From Azolla caroliniana (Eukaryota > Plantae > Polypodiophyta), in NCBI GenBank assembly GCA_043228905.1, contig JBHGNT010000009.1:744001-808000 (forward strand): DNA of 64,000 nucleotides. Direction: 5' to 3'. The translations under genes were made by a program, and so were the position numbers. The notes under the pieces are model-generated. The model saw nothing but the letters and a program-made list of their open reading frames with translations, searched no databases and was not told the DNA's origin. This document shows positions 60,945 to 64,000 of the stretch, one piece after another (position 1 is the first letter of the stretch; the number at the start of each line of letters is the position of its first letter).

Positions 60945-61623
60945 AGAATCATATCCGATTCTTTATAGGTCCCTTATAGAGGGGTTGCCCATTTTGAGTT
61001 AGGAGGGTATACCGTTAGGTTTAGGGTTTGGGGGTTTTCTCTTAATCTTATTTTCTTAGGGTTTCATTTTGGTCTTCGTCTTCTTTGTCTTATGGGTTTG
61101 ATTCCTTCTTCTTGAGTGGAGGTTTAGTATTCCGTTTAGTTTCTTCTTCTTCTTCTCCCCCTTCGTGTCTGTCTAGGGTTTTAGCCCGGTGAAGAGCTTG
61201 TATGTTCTGTGGGGATTTACTTCTGCTCGGCCTCCTGTGCAAGACCCTGCTCGGCGCAGCAAGCCCGAGAGCTCCCCGACGGCGGCTTGGCAGCAGACTG
61301 TTGTTGTGACCTAGCTTACCTCAGTCCGGCTCAAAGCCGGAGTTGTAACTCACTCTTGTAATCATATATATAAAGGGTTGTGCATATTTGTGTCTCTATT
61401 GGTGTCGGGTGCATTTCTTTCCCGTTGTTTCCTGTACATAAGAGGCGTGTGTTGTGTCGGTGTTGCACGCGTGCTCTCTCTCTCTCTCTCTCCTTTTCTC
61501 TCTCTCTTGTGTTCGATTGCCCCTGGTACATGTCCGGGGTCAGTTTCTTCGCATGCCTTCCTCCCTCGTCCAAGACCCATGTGGTCCCACCCCTTCTACA
61601 CGCACGTGCGTAATAACGTGACA
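60945..61623 (+). mobile_element. 3' part of another LTR of the Trp-primed lineage
   Basis: Similar to 36163-36480, has the U5 motif gtccaagacc..acacgca, ends CGTGACA and is followed by ACGT. Confidence 0.65.
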
Positions 61624-61649
61624 ACGTACCGGCAGAATACCGCGACAAC

Positions 61650-64000
61650 GGGTAGACCAAATTGTGCCATGGTTTGGGACATGCTCCAAGTGGCTATGAT
61701 GGAGAACATGTCTTCCGTCAAGAGCGTTAGGAGTTTAGCGAAAATTTTCTTCAACATTGTATTGGGTGATGATGCGTTGTCACAACGTTTGGTAGAGCTC
61801 AAGGTACTTTAATTGAAGTACGACAAGGTGTTGCTCCAGCCATGGTCACCAAGGTTCGATTCAAGTGAAGAGTTACGAAAACTTAACAACCCTAGGGTGA
61901 TCTTCACAACATTTCCTGGCCTCTCTCCCCACTTGTGCCATCTGCTTCCTTTTTTTGGCGAACAGTCTATGGCAGATACAATTGCGAAGGTGCCTAAGTT
62001 GCGCATCTTAGTGCCTTCCCTCCATGGACTACCAACAAGAATTAGGCTCTACTCTGAAGAGCTAGGTCTCACAGTGCTGAAAGTGGTTTATGAGGGACTC
62101 CCTGGCAGTGTTTCATTTGCAAATAGAAATGACACCTACCTAAGGAGTGTCCTCATAATATTGGAAAGGGAAGCTCAGGACCTCGAGCCTCGGGGAAGGC
62201 CGCATCAACCAAGGGTGACGAGGCTCCTTGGCAGCCCGCTAAGAAGAAGGGAAAACTTGGAAGCCTAGGTGCGGCCTCCCCCCCTCTCAAGACCTTCCCT
62301 TAGAAAGAAGTCCCACTACCTTGTCACCAGCAAGTGCGGACGAGCAACCCTTGAAACAGGTGAAGATCCTCTGAGGGAGTGTGGCGGCACACAACCTACA
62401 AGTGTGAGCTACCAACATATTTACATTGCTCCAAGGGCTAGGGGATGGCGACCCAGAAGCATTGGCAGCAACGTTGTCCCCATGTTACTCCTTGTCCCTT
62501 ACACACAAGATCCTCAGCTCGTGTTCCCCACCCCAATGGAGTTGCAACCACATCTTGTACTATCCACCTCAGAGGAGATGTTGGCAAAGGCCCCCCTCAT
62601 GATGGAACGCGAATGTGGTGGTGACCTCAGATTAGTGAAATCGTGGATCCGAAAGGGCAAGATCAGGGGAAAAGGGAAGGGCAATATAGGCAAACCATCA
62701 CCTAGTTTGGCAAGGACTGCTTGGGATAAATGGATGTAGGTTGTGCAACCACTTAGGAGCCAAAATGTATCGCAAGAACTATTTGAAGCGGGTCAAGATC
62801 GTCAGGACGAGAATCCCTTAGGTGCTCTTCAGTCCTCATTGGAGCCCATACCCCCAGAAACAATTGTTTGTTTGCCCCATAACATGGGGATCAACCTGAA
62901 CATGGGCGTCAACCTCACCGTTTTCGGATGAGGATCCTAACGTGGAATGTACAGGGCCTTGGTGGAGGCCGGCAGCACCAAGAGTGCAAAAGACTTCGGG
63001 AGGAGTTGAATCCCCTTAATCTTGGGAGCAATATCGACATATTGCTTTTGCATGAACACAGTAAACCCCTTGTCAGGTGGGTGGACCACGTGGTGGTTGG
63101 CGGCACAAGGTGACCTCCACTGAAGGGGAGGGGTATGCATCTTGATTAGCAATAAGGCCCGATACAAAGTAACATCACATGCCACGTTGGTCGCAGGTAG
63201 AGCCTTATATGTGCTTCTGAAATGGAATCTCCTACAAATTGGGGTGCTAAACATTTATGCCCCTAACTCATCCCCCAAGAGAGCAAGGTTATGGACCCGG
63301 ATGTTAGCAACCACATTACCTGATGTAGAGGCATGGATAATGGCTGGTGATTTCAACATGATTGAGCACCTAGGAGATAGGAAACGGGGAACCCAAAGAC
63401 CAATTCATGGTGAAAGATACATGGGGCTCTTCCCTTAGAAGATGCTCACATTCGCTACACTTCTTTAGAGCTGTTGTAAATGTTAGGGGTGGTAGCCTTG
63501 CATGGCTAGACCACATATACATTAGCTCGTCCCTTGAAGAGTTGGGGGGCTCCTTCACTATCTTGGAAGGTCTTACCTTCTCTTATCACCAACTGATGAG
63601 ACTAGACCTTAACCCACCCAACGGCAGCAAGGGGAGTCTCAATGTGAAAATCCCCAGAAAGATCATGAAGAGTGCAGAGGTGAAGGCAGGCCTACAAAGT
63701 ATATGACGGGAGACCACTGTAAGTGAATCGGCCAGTGATTATTGCAGAAAAAATTGGCCCTCTCCACCTTTTTACAACAGGAGACCAAGCGGGCCCTCCA
63801 GCAGGTCAGAGCCATTGAAATAAAATTAAGGAAGTCTGTTGCGGCAGCACAATGGTTGCTACAGGCAAACCCTAGTTGCATTGGTCTAGATCTAAACTGG
63901 AGGAAGCAAAGATGAAGGTGTAGGAAAGGACGGCGGAGAGGAACCAAATGCTATTTAGAAGAACCGTGACATGGTGGGCTAGAACAGACGATAGGGTCAA
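61650..64000 (+). mobile_element. Decayed L1-type LINE (ORF1 remnant; ORF2 endonuclease from 62928), runs off the window
   Basis: LLQPWSPRFD (ORF1-like), then MRILTWNVQGLG, DILLLHEH, NIYAPN, WIMAGDFN and WLDHIY, the APE motifs, with frameshifts. Confidence 0.85.

Overview
Eukaryotic nuclear DNA from a land plant, most likely a seed-free plant such as a fern (inferred from the Tcn1-type chromovirus, the microsatellite-rich AT background and the gene structure). The left ~28 kb is AT-rich and CpG-poor and holds two convergent host genes. One is an APRR2/GLK-type pseudo-response regulator (6710-14526, +) with ten intact coding exons but a frameshifted GARP/Myb DNA-binding exon. The other is a two-exon berberine-bridge-enzyme-like flavo-oxidase (16334-18260, -). 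This part also has a Mutator-like MITE, a PPR relic and LINE/LTR debris. The right ~36 kb is a nest of CpG-rich transposons: a Tcn1-like chromovirus with a Tf1-style self-priming signal and a -1 frameshift cassette, a near-intact Copia, and a second Copia interrupted by a Cys-rich DNA transposon carrying palindromic arrays. It also has an L1 relic and copies from four families of an unusual Ty3/Gypsy lineage. That lineage is the most interesting system here: tRNA-Trp PBS, a U5 motif resembling a retroviral primer-activation signal, Gag-protease and RT-RH-IN ORFs joined by a conserved GGATTTT -1 site, and 4-bp target sites centred on CpG. All calls come from reading the sequence by eye; no searches were run.
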